The translations under genes and the position numbers were made by a program. DNA of 30,298 nt from a virus. Lineage: Duplodnaviria > Heunggongvirae > Uroviricota > Caudoviricetes. This document shows, one piece after another, positions 15,507-29,836 of the stretch (the first letter of the stretch is position 1; every line of letters begins with the position of its first letter). The notes beneath the pieces were generated by a model. The model saw only the letters and a list, made by a program, of their open reading frames with translations. It made no database searches and was not told the origin of the DNA. The stretch is taken from IMG/VR virus record IMGVR_UViG_648276648_000002. One strand, 5' to 3'.

Positions 15507-15649
15507 GAGGTTGCCCCGTATTCAGTGTCGCTGATTTGTATTGTCTGAAGTTGTTTTTACGTTAAGTTGATGCAGATCAATTAATACGATACCTGCGTCA
15601 TAATTGATTATTTGACGTGGTTTGATGGCGTAGATGCACGTTGTGACAT

Positions 15650-15894
15650 GTAGATGATAATTATTATCATTTTGCGGGTCCTTTCCGGCGATCCGACAGG
15701 TTACGGGGCGGCGACCTCGCGGGTTTTTGCTATTTATGAAAATTTTCCGGTTTAAGGTGTTTCCGTTCTTCTTCGTCGTAACTTAATGTTTTTATTTAAA
15801 ATAACCCCTGAAAAGAAAGGAAACGACAGGTGCTGAAAACGAACTTTTGGGCCTTTGTCGTTTCCTTTCTCTGTTTTTGGCCGTGGAATGAACA
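15650..15894 (+). promoter_or_regulatory. cos: cos region (cosQ/cosN/cosB) with inverted Nu1-binding R elements
   Basis: Lambda-like GGGCGGCGACCT at 15706-15717; inverted repeats GAAAGGAAACGACAGG / CCTTTGTCGTTTCCTTTC upstream of Nu1. Confidence 0.85.
15706..15717 (+). other. cosN: cosN 12-nt cohesive-end sequence
   Basis: GGGCGGCGACCT, 189 nt upstream of the Nu1 ATG. Confidence 0.85.
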
Positions 15895-16414
15895 ATGGAA
15901 GTCAACAAAAAGCAGCTGGCTGACATTTTCGGTGCGAGTATCCGTACCATTCAGAACTGGCAGGAACAGGGAATGCCCGTTCTGCGAGGCGGTGGCAAGG
16001 GTAATGAGGTGCTTTATGACTCTGCCGCCGTCATAAAATGGTATGCCGAAAGGGATGCTGAAATTGAGAACGAAAAGCTGCGCCGGGAGGTTGAAGAACT
16101 GCGGCAGGCCAGCGAGGCAGATCTCCAGCTAGGGACTATTGAGTACGAACGCCATCGACTTACGCGTGCGCAGGCCGACGCACAGGAACTGAAGAATGCC
16201 AGAGACTCCGCTGAAGTGGTGGAAACCGCATTCTGTACTTTCGTATTGTCGCGGATCGCAGGTGAAATTGCCAGTATTCTCGACGGGCTCCCCCTGTCGG
16301 TGCAGCGGCGTTTTCCGGAACTGGAAAACCGACATGTTGATTTCCTGAAACGGGATATCATCAAAGCCATGAACAAAGCAGCCGCGCTGGATGAACTGAT
16401 ACCGGGGTTGCTGA

Positions 16415-16440
<26 letters not shown>
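15895..16440 (+). CDS. nu1: Terminase small subunit Nu1
   Basis: 181 aa, MEVNKKQLADIFGASIRTIQNWQEQGMPVLRGGGKGNEVLYDSAAVIKWYAERD...; lambda Nu1 from memory. Confidence 0.95.
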
Positions 16441-20121
<3,681 letters not shown>

Positions 20122-20141
<20 letters not shown>

Positions 20142-21441
20142 TCTCCCGCATATTGCCAGCATGGCCTTTAATGAGCCGCTGATGCTTGAACCCGCCTATG
20201 CGCGGGTTTTCTTTTGTGCGCTTGCAGGCCAGCTTGGGATCAGCCGCCTGACGGATGCGGTGTCCGGCGACAGCCTGACTGCCCAGGAGGCACTCGCGAC
20301 GCTGGCATTATCCGGTGATGATGACGGACCACGACAGGCCCGCAGTTATCAGGTCATGAACGGCATCGCCGTGCTGCCGGTGTCCGGCACGCTGGTCAGC
20401 CGGACGCGGGCGCTGCAGCCGTACTCGGGGATGACCGGTTACAACGGCATTATCGCCCGTCTGCAACAGGCTGCCAGCGATCCGATGGTGGACGGCATTC
20501 TGCTCGATATGGACACGCCCGGCGGGATGGTGGCGGGGGCATTTGACTGCGCTGACATCATCGCCCGTGTGCGTGACATAAAACCGGTATGGGCGCTTGC
20601 CAACGACATGAACTGCAGTGCAGGTCAGTTGCTTGCCAGTGCCGCCTCCCGGCGTCTGGTCACGCAGACCGCCCGGACAGGCTCCATCGGCGTCATGATG
20701 GCTCACAGTAATTACGGTGCTGCGCTGGAGAAACAGGGTGTGGAAATCACGCTGATTTACAGCGGCAGCCATAAGGTGGATGGCAACCCCTACAGCCATC
20801 TTCCGGATGACGTCCGGGAGACACTGCAGTCCCGGATGGACGCAACCCGCCAGATGTTTGCGCAGAAGGTGTCGGCATATACCGGCCTGTCCGTGCAGGC
20901 TGTGCTGGATACCGAGGCTGCAGTGTACAGCGGTCAGGAGGCCATTGATGCCGGACTGGCTGATGAACTTGTTAACAGCACCGATGCGATCACCGTCATG
21001 CGTGATGCACTGGATGCACGTAAATCCCGTCTCTCAGGAGGGCGAATGACCAAAGAGACTCAATCAACAACTGTTTCAGCCACTGCTTCGCAGGCTGACG
21101 TTACTGACGTGGTGCCAGCGACGGAGGGCGAGAACGCCAGCGCGGCGCAGCCGGACGTGAACGCGCAGATCACCGCAGCGGTTGCGGCAGAAAACAGCCG
21201 CATTATGGGGATCCTCAACTGTGAGGAGGCTCACGGACGCGAAGAACAGGCACGCGTGCTGGCAGAAACCCCCGGTATGACCGTGAAAACGGCCCGCCGC
21301 ATTCTGGCCGCAGCACCACAGAGTGCACAGGCGCGCAGTGACACTGCGCTGGATCGTCTGATGCAGGGGGCACCGGCACCGCTGGCTGCAGGTAACCCGG
21401 CATCTGATGCCGTTAACGATTTGCTGAACACACCAGTGTAA
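20122..21441 (+). CDS. C: Head maturation protease / minor capsid protein C
   Basis: GTG start inside ORF 19987-21441 (VTAELRNLPHIASMAF...), 439 aa as in lambda gpC. Confidence 0.9.
20836..21441 (+). CDS. nu3: Scaffold protein Nu3 (in-frame internal start within C)
   Basis: In-frame ATG at codon 239 of C (MDATRQMFAQK...), same arrangement as lambda C/Nu3. Confidence 0.75.
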   Translation: MDATRQMFAQKVSAYTGLSVQAVLDTEAAVYSGQEAIDAGLADELVNSTDAITVMRDALDARKSRLSGGRMTKETQSTTVSATASQADVTDVVPATEGENASAAQPDVNAQITAAVAAENSRIMGILNCEEAHGREEQARVLAETPGMTVKTARRILAAAPQSAQARSDTALDRLMQGAPAPLAAGNPASDAVNDLLNTPV

Positions 21442-21450
21442 GGGATGTTT

Positions 21451-21783
21451 ATGACGAGCAAAGAAACCTTTACCCATTACCAGCCGCAGGGCAACAGTGA
21501 CCCGGCTCATACCGCAACCGCGCCCGGCGGATTGAGTGCGAAAGCGCCTGCAATGACCCCGCTGATGCTGGACACCTCCAGCCGTAAGCTGGTTGCGTGG
21601 GATGGCACCACCGACGGTGCTGCCGTTGGCATTCTTGCGGTTGCTGCTGACCAGACCAGCACCACGCTGACGTTCTACAAGTCCGGCACGTTCCGTTATG
21701 AGGATGTGCTCTGGCCGGAGGCTGCCAGCGACGAGACGAAAAAACGGACCGCGTTTGCCGGAACGGCAATCAGCATCGTTTAA
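21451..21783 (+). CDS. D: Capsid decoration protein D
   Basis: [27 protein letters not shown]...; 110 aa. Confidence 0.95.
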
Positions 21784-21838
21784 CCTGACCCTTCATCACT
21801 AAAGGCCGCCTGTGCGGCTTTTTTTACGGGATTTTTTT

Positions 21839-22864
21839 ATGTCGATGTACACAACCGCCCAACTGCTGGCGGCAAATGAGCAGAAATTTAAGTTTGATCC
21901 GCTGTTTCTGCGTCTCTTTTTCCGTGAGAGCTATCCCTTCACCACGGAGAAAGTCTATCTCTCACAAATTCCGGGACTGGTAAACATGGCGCTGTACGTT
22001 TCGCCGATTGTTTCCGGTGAGGTTATCCGTTCCCGTGGCGGCTCCACCTCTGAATTTACGCCGGGATATGTCAAGCCGAAGCATGAAGTGAATCCGCAGA
22101 TGACCCTGCGTCGCCTGCCGGATGAAGATCCGCAGAATCTGGCGGACCCGGCTTACCGCCGCCGTCGCATCATCATGCAGAACATGCGTGACGAAGAGCT
22201 GGCCATTGCTCAGGTCGAAGAGATGCAGGCAGTTTCTGCCGTGCTTAAGGGCAAATACACCATGACCGGTGAAGCCTTCGATCCGGTTGAGGTGGATATG
22301 GGCCGCAGTGAGGAGAATAACATCACGCAGTCCGGCGGCACGGAGTGGAGCAAGCGTGACAAGTCCACGTATGACCCGACCGACGATATCGAAGCCTACG
22401 CGCTGAACGCCAGCGGTGTGGTGAATATCATCGTGTTCGATCCGAAAGGCTGGGCGCTGTTCCGTTCCTTCAAAGCCGTCAAGGAGAAGCTGGATACCCG
22501 TCGTGGCTCTAATTCCGAGCTGGAGACAGCGGTGAAAGACCTGGGCAAAGCGGTGTCCTATAAGGGGATGTATGGCGATGTGGCCATCGTCGTGTATTCC
22601 GGACAGTACGTGGAAAACGGCGTCAAAAAGAACTTCCTGCCGGACAACACGATGGTGCTGGGGAACACTCAGGCACGCGGTCTGCGCACCTATGGCTGCA
22701 TTCAGGATGCGGACGCACAGCGCGAAGGCATTAACGCCTCTGCCCGTTACCCGAAAAACTGGGTGACCACCGGCGATCCGGCGCGTGAGTTCACCATGAT
22801 TCAGTCAGCACCGCTGATGCTGCTGGCTGACCCTGATGAGTTCGTGTCCGTACAACTGGCGTAA
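21839..22864 (+). CDS. E: Major capsid protein E
   Basis: MSMYTTAQLLAANEQKFKFDPLFLRLFFRESYPF...; 341 aa. Confidence 0.95.
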   Translation: MSMYTTAQLLAANEQKFKFDPLFLRLFFRESYPFTTEKVYLSQIPGLVNMALYVSPIVSGEVIRSRGGSTSEFTPGYVKPKHEVNPQMTLRRLPDEDPQNLADPAYRRRRIIMQNMRDEELAIAQVEEMQAVSAVLKGKYTMTGEAFDPVEVDMGRSEENNITQSGGTEWSKRDKSTYDPTDDIEAYALNASGVVNIIVFDPKGWALFRSFKAVKEKLDTRRGSNSELETAVKDLGKAVSYKGMYGDVAIVVYSGQYVENGVKKNFLPDNTMVLGNTQARGLRTYGCIQDADAQREGINASARYPKNWVTTGDPAREFTMIQSAPLMLLADPDEFVSVQLA

Positions 22865-22905
22865 TCATGGCCCTTCGGGGCCATTGTTTCTCTGTGGAGG
22901 AGTCC

Positions 22906-23304
22906 ATGACGAAAGATGAACTGATTGCCCGTCTCCGCTCGCTGGGTGAACAACTGAACCGTGATGTCAGCCTGACGGGGACGAAAGAAGAACTGGCGCT
23001 CCGTGTGGCAGAGCTGGAAGAGGAGCTTGATGACACGGATGAAACTGCCGGTCAGGACACCCCTCTCAGCCGGGAAAATGTGCTGACCGGACATGAAAAT
23101 GAGGTGGGATCAGCGCAGCCGGATACCGTGATTCTGGATACGTCTGAACTGGTCACGGTCGTGGCACTGGTGAAGCTGCATACTGATGCACTTCACGCCA
23201 CGCGGGATGAACCTGTGGCATTTGTGCTGCCGGGAACGGCGTTTCGTGTCTCTGCCGGTGTGGCAGCCGAAATGACAGAGCGCGGCCTGGCCAGAATGCA
23301 ATAA
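22906..23304 (+). CDS. FI: DNA-packaging protein FI
   Basis: MTKDELIARLRSLGEQLNRDVSLTG...; 132 aa. Confidence 0.9.
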   Translation: MTKDELIARLRSLGEQLNRDVSLTGTKEELALRVAELEEELDDTDETAGQDTPLSRENVLTGHENEVGSAQPDTVILDTSELVTVVALVKLHTDALHATRDEPVAFVLPGTAFRVSAGVAAEMTERGLARMQ

Positions 23305-23315
23305 CGGGAGGCGCT

Positions 23316-23669
23316 GTGGCTGATTTCGATAACCTGTTCGATGCTGCCATTGCCTGCGCCGATGAAACGATACGCGGGTACATGGGAACGTCAGCCACCA
23401 TGACATCCGGTGAGCAGTCCGGCGCAGTGATACGTGGTGTTTTTGATGACCCTGAAAATATCAGCTATGCCGGACAGGGCGTGCGCGTTGAAGGCTCCAG
23501 CCCGTCCCTGTTTGTCCGGACTGATGAGGTGCGGCAGCTGCGGCGTGGAGACACGCTGACCATCGGTGAGGAAAATTTCTGGGTAGATCGGGTTTCGCCG
23601 GATGATGGCGGAAGTTGTCATCTCTGGCTTGGACGGGGCGTACCGCCTGCCGTTAACCGTCGCCGCTGA
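23316..23669 (+). CDS. FII: Head completion protein FII
   Basis: 117 aa, MADFDNLFDAAIACADETIRGYMG... Confidence 0.9.
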   Translation: MADFDNLFDAAIACADETIRGYMGTSATMTSGEQSGAVIRGVFDDPENISYAGQGVRVEGSSPSLFVRTDEVRQLRRGDTLTIGEENFWVDRVSPDDGGSCHLWLGRGVPPAVNRRR

Positions 23670-23680
23670 AAGGGGGATGT

Positions 23681-24259
23681 ATGGCCATAAAAGGTCTTGA
23701 GCAGGCCGTTGAAAACCTCAGCCGTATCAGCAAAACGGCGGTGCCTGGTGCCGCCGCAATGGCCATTAACCGCGTTGCTTCATCCGCGATATCGCAGTCG
23801 GCGTCACAGGTTGCCCGTGAGACAAAGGTACGCCGGAAACTGGTAAAGGAAAGGGCCAGGCTGAAAAGGGCCACGGTCAAAAATCCGCAGGCCAGAATCA
23901 AAGTTAACCGGGGGGATTTGCCCGTAATCAAGCTGGGTAATGCGCGGGTTGTCCTTTCGCGCCGCAGGCGTCGTAAAAAGGGGCAGCGTTCATCCCTGAA
24001 AGGTGGCGGCAGCGTGCTTGTGGTGAGTAACCGTCGTATTCCCGGCGCGTTTATTCAGCAACTGAAAAATGGCCGGTGGCATGTCATGCAGCGTGTGGCC
24101 GGGAAAAACCGTTACCCCATTGATGTGGTGAAAATCCCGATGGCGGTGCCGCTGACCACGGCGTTTAAACAAAATATTGAGCGGATACGGCGTGAACGTC
24201 TTCCGAAAGAGCTGGGCTATGCGCTGCAGCATCAACTGAGGATGGTAATAAAGCGATGA
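23681..24259 (+). CDS. Z: Tail completion protein Z
   Basis: 192 aa; lambda gpZ-like. Confidence 0.9.
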   Translation: MAIKGLEQAVENLSRISKTAVPGAAAMAINRVASSAISQSASQVARETKVRRKLVKERARLKRATVKNPQARIKVNRGDLPVIKLGNARVVLSRRRRRKKGQRSSLKGGGSVLVVSNRRIPGAFIQQLKNGRWHVMQRVAGKNRYPIDVVKIPMAVPLTTAFKQNIERIRRERLPKELGYALQHQLRMVIKR

Positions 24260-24651
24260 AACATACTGAACTCCGTGCAGCCGTACTGGATGCACTGGAG
24301 AAGCATGACACCGGGGCGACGTTTTTTGATGGTCGCCCCGCTGTTTTTGATGAGGCGGATTTTCCGGCAGTTGCCGTTTATCTCACCGGCGCTGAATACA
24401 CGGGCGAAGAGCTGGACAGCGATACCTGGCAGGCGGAGCTGCATATCGAAGTTTTCCTGCCTGCTCAGGTGCCGGATTCAGAGCTGGATGCGTGGATGGA
24501 GTCCCGGATTTATCCGGTGATGAGCGATATCCCGGCACTGTCAGATTTGATCACCAGTATGGTGGCCAGCGGCTATGACTACCGGCGCGACGATGATGCG
24601 GGCCTGTGGAGTTCAGCCGATCTGACTTATGTCATTACCTATGAAATGTGA
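24256..24651 (+). CDS. U: Tail terminator protein U
   Basis: 131 aa; ATGA coupling with Z. Confidence 0.9.
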
Positions 24652-24658
24652 GGACGCT

Positions 24659-25399
24659 ATGCCTGTACCAAATCCTACAATGCCGGTGAAAGGTGCCGGG
24701 ACCACCCTGTGGGTTTATAAGGGGAGCGGTGACCCTTATGCGAATCCGCTTTCAGACGTTGACTGGTCGCGTCTGGCAAAAGTTAAAGACCTGACGCCCG
24801 GCGAACTGACCGCTGAGTCCTATGACGACAGCTATCTCGATGATGAAGATGCAGACTGGACTGCGACCGGGCAGGGGCAGAAATCTGCCGGAGATACCAG
24901 CTTCACGCTGGCGTGGATGCCCGGAGAGCAGGGGCAGCAGGCGCTGCTGGCGTGGTTTAATGAAGGCGATACCCGTGCCTATAAAATCCGCTTCCCGAAC
25001 GGCACGGTCGATGTGTTCCGTGGCTGGGTCAGCAGTATCGGTAAGGCGGTGACGGCGAAGGAAGTGATCACCCGCACGGTGAAAGTCACCAATGTGGGAC
25101 GTCCGTCGATGGCAGAAGATCGCAGCACGGTAACAGCGGCAACCGGCATGACCGTGACGCCTGCCAGCACCTCGGTGGTGAAAGGGCAGAGCACCACGCT
25201 GACCGTGGCCTTCCAGCCGGAGGGCGTAACCGACAAGAGCTTTCGTGCGGTGTCTGCGGATAAAACAAAAGCCACCGTGTCGGTCAGTGGTATGACCATC
25301 ACCGTGAACGGCGTTGCTGCAGGCAAGGTCAACATTCCGGTTGTATCCGGTAATGGTGAGTTTGCTGCGGTTGCAGAAATTACCGTCACCGCCAGTTAA
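24659..25399 (+). CDS. V: Major tail tube protein V (with C-terminal Ig-like domain)
   Basis: [22 protein letters not shown]...; internal Met of ORF 24629-25399; 246 aa. Confidence 0.95.
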
Positions 25400-25414
25400 T
25401 CCGGAGAGTCAGCG

Positions 25415-25837
25415 ATGTTCCTGAAAACCGAATCATTTGAACATAACGGTGTGACCGTCACGCTTTCTGAACTGTCAGCCCTGCAGCGCATTGAGCATCT
25501 CGCCCTGATGAAACGGCAGGCAGAACAGGCGGAGTCAGACAGCAACCGGAAGTTTACTGTGGAAGACGCCATCAGAACCGGCGCGTTTCTGGTGGCGATG
25601 TCCCTGTGGCATAACCATCCGCAGAAGACGCAGATGCCGTCCATGAATGAAGCCGTTAAACAGATTGAGCAGGAAGTGCTTACCACCTGGCCCACGGAGG
25701 CAATTTCTCATGCTGAAAACGTGGTGTACCGGCTGTCTGGTATGTATGAGTTTGTGGTGAATAATGCCCCTGAACAGACAGAGGACGCCGGGCCCGCAGA
25801 GCCTGTTTCTGCGGGAAAGTGTTCGACGGTGAGCTGA
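25415..25837 (+). CDS. G: Tail assembly chaperone G
   Basis: 140 aa; ends just after the slippery site. Confidence 0.9.
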   Translation: MFLKTESFEHNGVTVTLSELSALQRIEHLALMKRQAEQAESDSNRKFTVEDAIRTGAFLVAMSLWHNHPQKTQMPSMNEAVKQIEQEVLTTWPTEAISHAENVVYRLSGMYEFVVNNAPEQTEDAGPAEPVSAGKCSTVS

Positions 25838-26253
25838 GTTTTGCCCTGAAACTGGCGCGTGAGATGGGGCGACCCGACTGGCGTGCCATGCTTGCCGGGA
25901 TGTCATCCACGGAGTATGCCGACTGGCACCGCTTTTACAGTACCCATTATTTTCATGATGTTCTGCTGGATATGCACTTTTCCGGGCTGACGTACACCGT
26001 GCTCAGCCTGTTTTTCAGCGATCCGGATATGCATCCGCTGGATTTCAGTCTGCTGAACCGGCGCGAGGCTGACGAAGAGCCTGAAGATGATGTGCTGATG
26101 CAGAAAGCGGCAGGGCTTGCCGGAGGTGTCCGCTTTGGCCCGGACGGGAATGAAGTTATCCCCGCTTCCCCGGATGTGGCGGACATGACGGAGGATGACG
26201 TAATGCTGATGACAGTATCAGAAGGGATCGCAGGAGGAGTCCGGTATGGCTGA
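25415..26253 (+). CDS. GT: Tail assembly chaperone G-T fusion produced by programmed -1 frameshift
   Basis: Slippery heptamer G GGA AAG at 25813-25819 in the G frame; the T frame (ORF 25819-26253) is open in -1. Confidence 0.85.
25813..25819 (+). promoter_or_regulatory. Programmed -1 ribosomal frameshift slippery site (G GGA AAG)
   Basis: Located by codon phase from the G stop codon. Confidence 0.85.
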
Positions 26254-28807
26254 ACCGGTAGGCGATCTGGTCGTTGATTTAAGTCTGGATGCGGCCAGAT
26301 TTGACGAGCAGATGGCCAGAGTCAGGCGTCATTTTTCCGGTACGGAAAGTGATGCGAAAAAAACAGCGGCAGTCGTTGAACAGTCGCTGAGCCGACAGGC
26401 GCTGGCTGCACAGAAAGCGGGGATTTCCGTCGGGCAGTATAAAGCCGCCATGCGTATGCTGCCTGCACAGTTCACCGACGTGGCCACGCAGCTTGCAGGC
26501 GGGCAAAGTCCGTGGCTGATCCTGCTGCAACAGGGGGGGCAGGTGAAGGACTCCTTCGGCGGGATGATCCCCATGTTCAGGGGGCTTGCCGGTGCGATCA
26601 CCCTGCCGATGGTGGGGGCCACCTCGCTGGCGGTGGCGACCGGTGCGCTGGCGTATGCCTGGTATCAGGGCAACTCAACCCTGTCCGATTTCAACAAAAC
26701 GCTGGTCCTTTCCGGCAATCAGGCGGGACTGACGGCAGATCGTATGCTGGTCCTGTCCAGAGCCGGGCAGGCGGCAGGGCTGACGTTTAACCAGACCAGC
26801 GAGTCACTCAGCGCACTGGTTAAGGCGGGGGTAAGCGGTGAGGCTCAGATTGCGTCCATCAGCCAGAGTATGGCGCGTTTCTCCTCTGCATCCGGCGTGG
26901 AGGTGGACAAGGTCGCTGAAGCCTTCGGGAAGCTGACCACAGACCCGACGTCGGGGCTGACGGCGATGGCACGCCAGTTCCATAACGTGACGGCGGAGCA
27001 GATTGCGTATGTTGCTCAGTTGCAGCGTTCCGGCGATGAAGCCGGGGCATTGCAGGCGGCGAACGAGGCCGCAACGAAAGGGTTTGATGACCAGACCCGC
27101 CGCCTGAAAGAGAACATGGGCACGCTGGAGACCTGGGCAGGCAGGACTGCGCGGGCCTTCAAATCCATGTGGGATGCGGTGCTGGATATTGGTCGTCCTG
27201 ATACCGCGCAGGAGATGCTGATTAAGGCAGAGGCTGCGTTTAAGAAAGCAGACGACATCTGGAATCTGCGCAAGGATGATTATTTTGTTAACGATGAAGC
27301 GCGGGCGCGTTACTGGGATGATCGTGAAAAGGCCCGTCTTGCGCTTGAAGCCGCCCGAAAGAAGGCTGAGCAGCAGACTCAACAGGACAAAAATGCGCAG
27401 CAGCAGAGCGATACCGAAGCGTCACGGCTGAAATATACCGAAGAGGCGCAGAAGGCTTACGAACGGCTGCAGACGCCGCTGGAGAAATATACCGCCCGTC
27501 AGGAAGAACTGAACAAGGCACTGAAAGACGGGAAAATCCTGCAGGCGGATTACAACACGCTGATGGCGGCGGCGAAAAAGGATTATGAAGCGACGCTGAA
27601 AAAGCCGAAACAGTCCGGCGTGAAGGTGTCTGCGGGCGATCGTCAGGAAGACAGTGCTCATGCTGCCCTGCTGACGCTTCAGGCAGAACTCCGGACGCTG
27701 GAGAAGCATGCCGGAGCGAATGAGAAAATCAGCCAGCAGCGCCGGGATTTGTGGAAGGCAGAAAGTCAGTTCGCGGTACTGGAGGAGGCGGCACAACGTC
27801 GCCAGCTGTCCGCACAGGAGAAATCCCTGCTGGCGCATAAAGATGAGACGCTGGAGTACAAACGCCAGCTGGCTGCACTTGGCGACAAGGTTACGTATCA
27901 GGAGCGCCTGAACGCGCTGGCGCAGCAGGCGGATAAATTCGCACAGCAGCAACGGGCAAAACGGGCCGCCATTGATGCGAAAAGCCGGGGGCTGACTGAC
28001 CGGCAGGCAGAACGGGAAGCCACGGAACAGCGCCTGAAGGAACAGTATGGCGATAATCCGCTGGCGCTGAATAACGTCATGTCAGAGCAGAAAAAGACCT
28101 GGGCGGCTGAAGACCAGCTTCGCGGGAGCTGGATGGCAGGCCTGAAGTCCGGCTGGAGTGAGTGGGAAGAGAGCGCCATGGACAGTATGTCGCAGGTAAA
28201 AAGTGCAGCCACGCAGACCTTTGATGGTATTGCACAGAATATGGCGGCGATGCTGACCGGCAGTGAGCAGAACTGGCGCAGCTTCACCCGTTCCGTGCTG
28301 TCCATGATGACAGAAATTCTGCTTAAGCAGGCAATGGTGGGGATTGTCGGGAGTATCGGCAGCGCCATTGGCGGGGCTGTTGGTGGCGGCGCATCCGCGT
28401 CAGGCGGTACAGCCATTCAGGCCGCTGCGGCGAAATTCCATTTTGCAACCGGAGGATTTACGGGAACCGGCGGCAAATATGAGCCAGCGGGGATTGTTCA
28501 CCGTGGTGAGTTTGTCTTCACGAAGGAGGCAACCAGCCGGATTGGCATGGGGAATCTTTACCGGCTGATGCGCGGCTATGCCACCGGCGGTTATGTCGGT
28601 ACACCGGGCAGCATGGCGGACAGTCGGTCGCAGGCGTCCGGGACGTTTGAGCAGAATAACCATGTGGTGATTAACAACGACGGCACGAACGGTCAGATAG
28701 GGCCACAGGCGCTGAAGGCTGTTTATGACGTAGCCCGTAAGGCGGCAATGGATGTTGTGACCGGGCAGATGCGTGATGGTGGTCTGTTCTCCGGAGGTGG
28801 ACGATGA
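26246..28807 (+). CDS. H: Tail tape-measure protein H
   Basis: 853 aa; coiled-coil-rich; ATGA coupling to T and M. Confidence 0.95.
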   Translation: MAEPVGDLVVDLSLDAARFDEQMARVRRHFSGTESDAKKTAAVVEQSLSRQALAAQKAGISVGQYKAAMRMLPAQFTDVATQLAGGQSPWLILLQQGGQVKDSFGGMIPMFRGLAGAITLPMVGATSLAVATGALAYAWYQGNSTLSDFNKTLVLSGNQAGLTADRMLVLSRAGQAAGLTFNQTSESLSALVKAGVSGEAQIASISQSMARFSSASGVEVDKVAEAFGKLTTDPTSGLTAMARQFHNVTAEQIAYVAQLQRSGDEAGALQAANEAATKGFDDQTRRLKENMGTLETWAGRTARAFKSMWDAVLDIGRPDTAQEMLIKAEAAFKKADDIWNLRKDDYFVNDEARARYWDDREKARLALEAARKKAEQQTQQDKNAQQQSDTEASRLKYTEEAQKAYERLQTPLEKYTARQEELNKALKDGKILQADYNTLMAAAKKDYEATLKKPKQSGVKVSAGDRQEDSAHAALLTLQAELRTLEKHAGANEKISQQRRDLWKAESQFAVLEEAAQRRQLSAQEKSLLAHKDETLEYKRQLAALGDKVTYQERLNALAQQADKFAQQQRAKRAAIDAKSRGLTDRQAEREATEQRLKEQYGDNPLALNNVMSEQKKTWAAEDQLRGSWMAGLKSGWSEWEESAMDSMSQVKSAATQTFDGIAQNMAAMLTGSEQNWRSFTRSVLSMMTEILLKQAMVGIVGSIGSAIGGAVGGGASASGGTAIQAAAAKFHFATGGFTGTGGKYEPAGIVHRGEFVFTKEATSRIGMGNLYRLMRGYATGGYVGTPGSMADSRSQASGTFEQNNHVVINNDGTNGQIGPQALKAVYDVARKAAMDVVTGQMRDGGLFSGGGR

Positions 28808-29133
28808 AAACCTTCCGCTGGAAAGTGAAACCCGGTATGGATGTGGCTTCGGCCCCTTCTGTAAGAAAGGTGCGCTTTGGTGATGGCTGTTCCCAGCGAG
28901 CGTCTGCCGGGCTGAATGCCAACCTGAAAACGTACAGCGTGACGCTTTCTGTCCCCCGTGAGGAGGCCACGGTACTGGAGTCGTTTCTGGAAGAGCACGG
29001 GGGCTGGAAAGCCTTTCTGTGGACGCCGCCTTATGAGTGGCGGCAGATAAAGGTGACCTGCGCAAAATGGTCGTCGCGGGTCAGTATGCTGCGTGTTGAG
29101 TTCAGCGCAGAGTTTGAACAGGTGGTGAACTGA
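28804..29133 (+). CDS. M: Minor tail protein M
   Basis: 109 aa, MKTFRWKVKPGMDVASAPSVRKVRFGDGCSQRA... Confidence 0.9.
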   Translation: MKTFRWKVKPGMDVASAPSVRKVRFGDGCSQRASAGLNANLKTYSVTLSVPREEATVLESFLEEHGGWKAFLWTPPYEWRQIKVTCAKWSSRVSMLRVEFSAEFEQVVN

Positions 29134-29831
29134 TGCAGGATATCCGGCAGGAAACACTGAATGAATGCACCCGTGCGGAGCAGTCGGCCAGCGTGGTGCT
29201 CTGGGAAATCGACCTGACAGAGGTCGGTGGAGAACGTTATTTTTTCTGTAATGAGCAGAACGAAAAAGGTGAGCCGGTCACCTGGCAGGGGCGACAGTAT
29301 CAGCCGTATCCCATTCAGGGGAGTGGTTTTGAACTGAATGGCAAAGGCACCAGTACGCGCCCCACGCTGACGGTTTCTAACCTGTACGGTATGGTCACCG
29401 GGATGGCGGAAGATATGCAGAGTCTGGTCGGCGGAACGGTGGTCCGGCGTAAGGTTTACGCCCGTTTTCTGGATGCGGTGAACTTCGTCAACGGAAACAG
29501 TGACGCCGATCCGGAGCAGGAGGTGATCAGCCGTTGGCGCATTGAGCAGTGCAGCGAACTGAGCGCGGTGAGTGCCTCTTTTGTACTGTCCACGCCGACG
29601 GAAACGGACGGCGCTGTTTTTCCGGGACGTATCATGCTGGCCAACACCTGCACCTGGACCTATCGCGGCGATGAGTGCGGTTATCACGGTCCGGCTGTCG
29701 CGGATGAATATGACCAGCCAACGTCCGATATCACGAAGGATAAATGCAGCAAATGCCTGAGCGGTTGTAAGTTCCGCAATAACGTCGGCAACTTTGGCGG
29801 CTTCCTTTCCATTAACAAACTTTCGCAGTAA
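29133..29831 (+). CDS. L: Minor tail protein L
   Basis: 232 aa, MQDIRQETLNECTRAEQSASVVLWEIDLTEVGGERYFFCNEQ... Confidence 0.9.
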   Translation: MQDIRQETLNECTRAEQSASVVLWEIDLTEVGGERYFFCNEQNEKGEPVTWQGRQYQPYPIQGSGFELNGKGTSTRPTLTVSNLYGMVTGMAEDMQSLVGGTVVRRKVYARFLDAVNFVNGNSDADPEQEVISRWRIEQCSELSAVSASFVLSTPTETDGAVFPGRIMLANTCTWTYRGDECGYHGPAVADEYDQPTSDITKDKCSKCLSGCKFRNNVGNFGGFLSINKLSQ

Positions 29832-29836
29832 ATCCC

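Noticed and set aside
15806-15873. Long inverted repeat followed by a T-run upstream of Nu1, resembling a terminator
   Set aside because: It corresponds to the inverted Nu1-binding R elements of lambda cosB rather than a transcription terminator.
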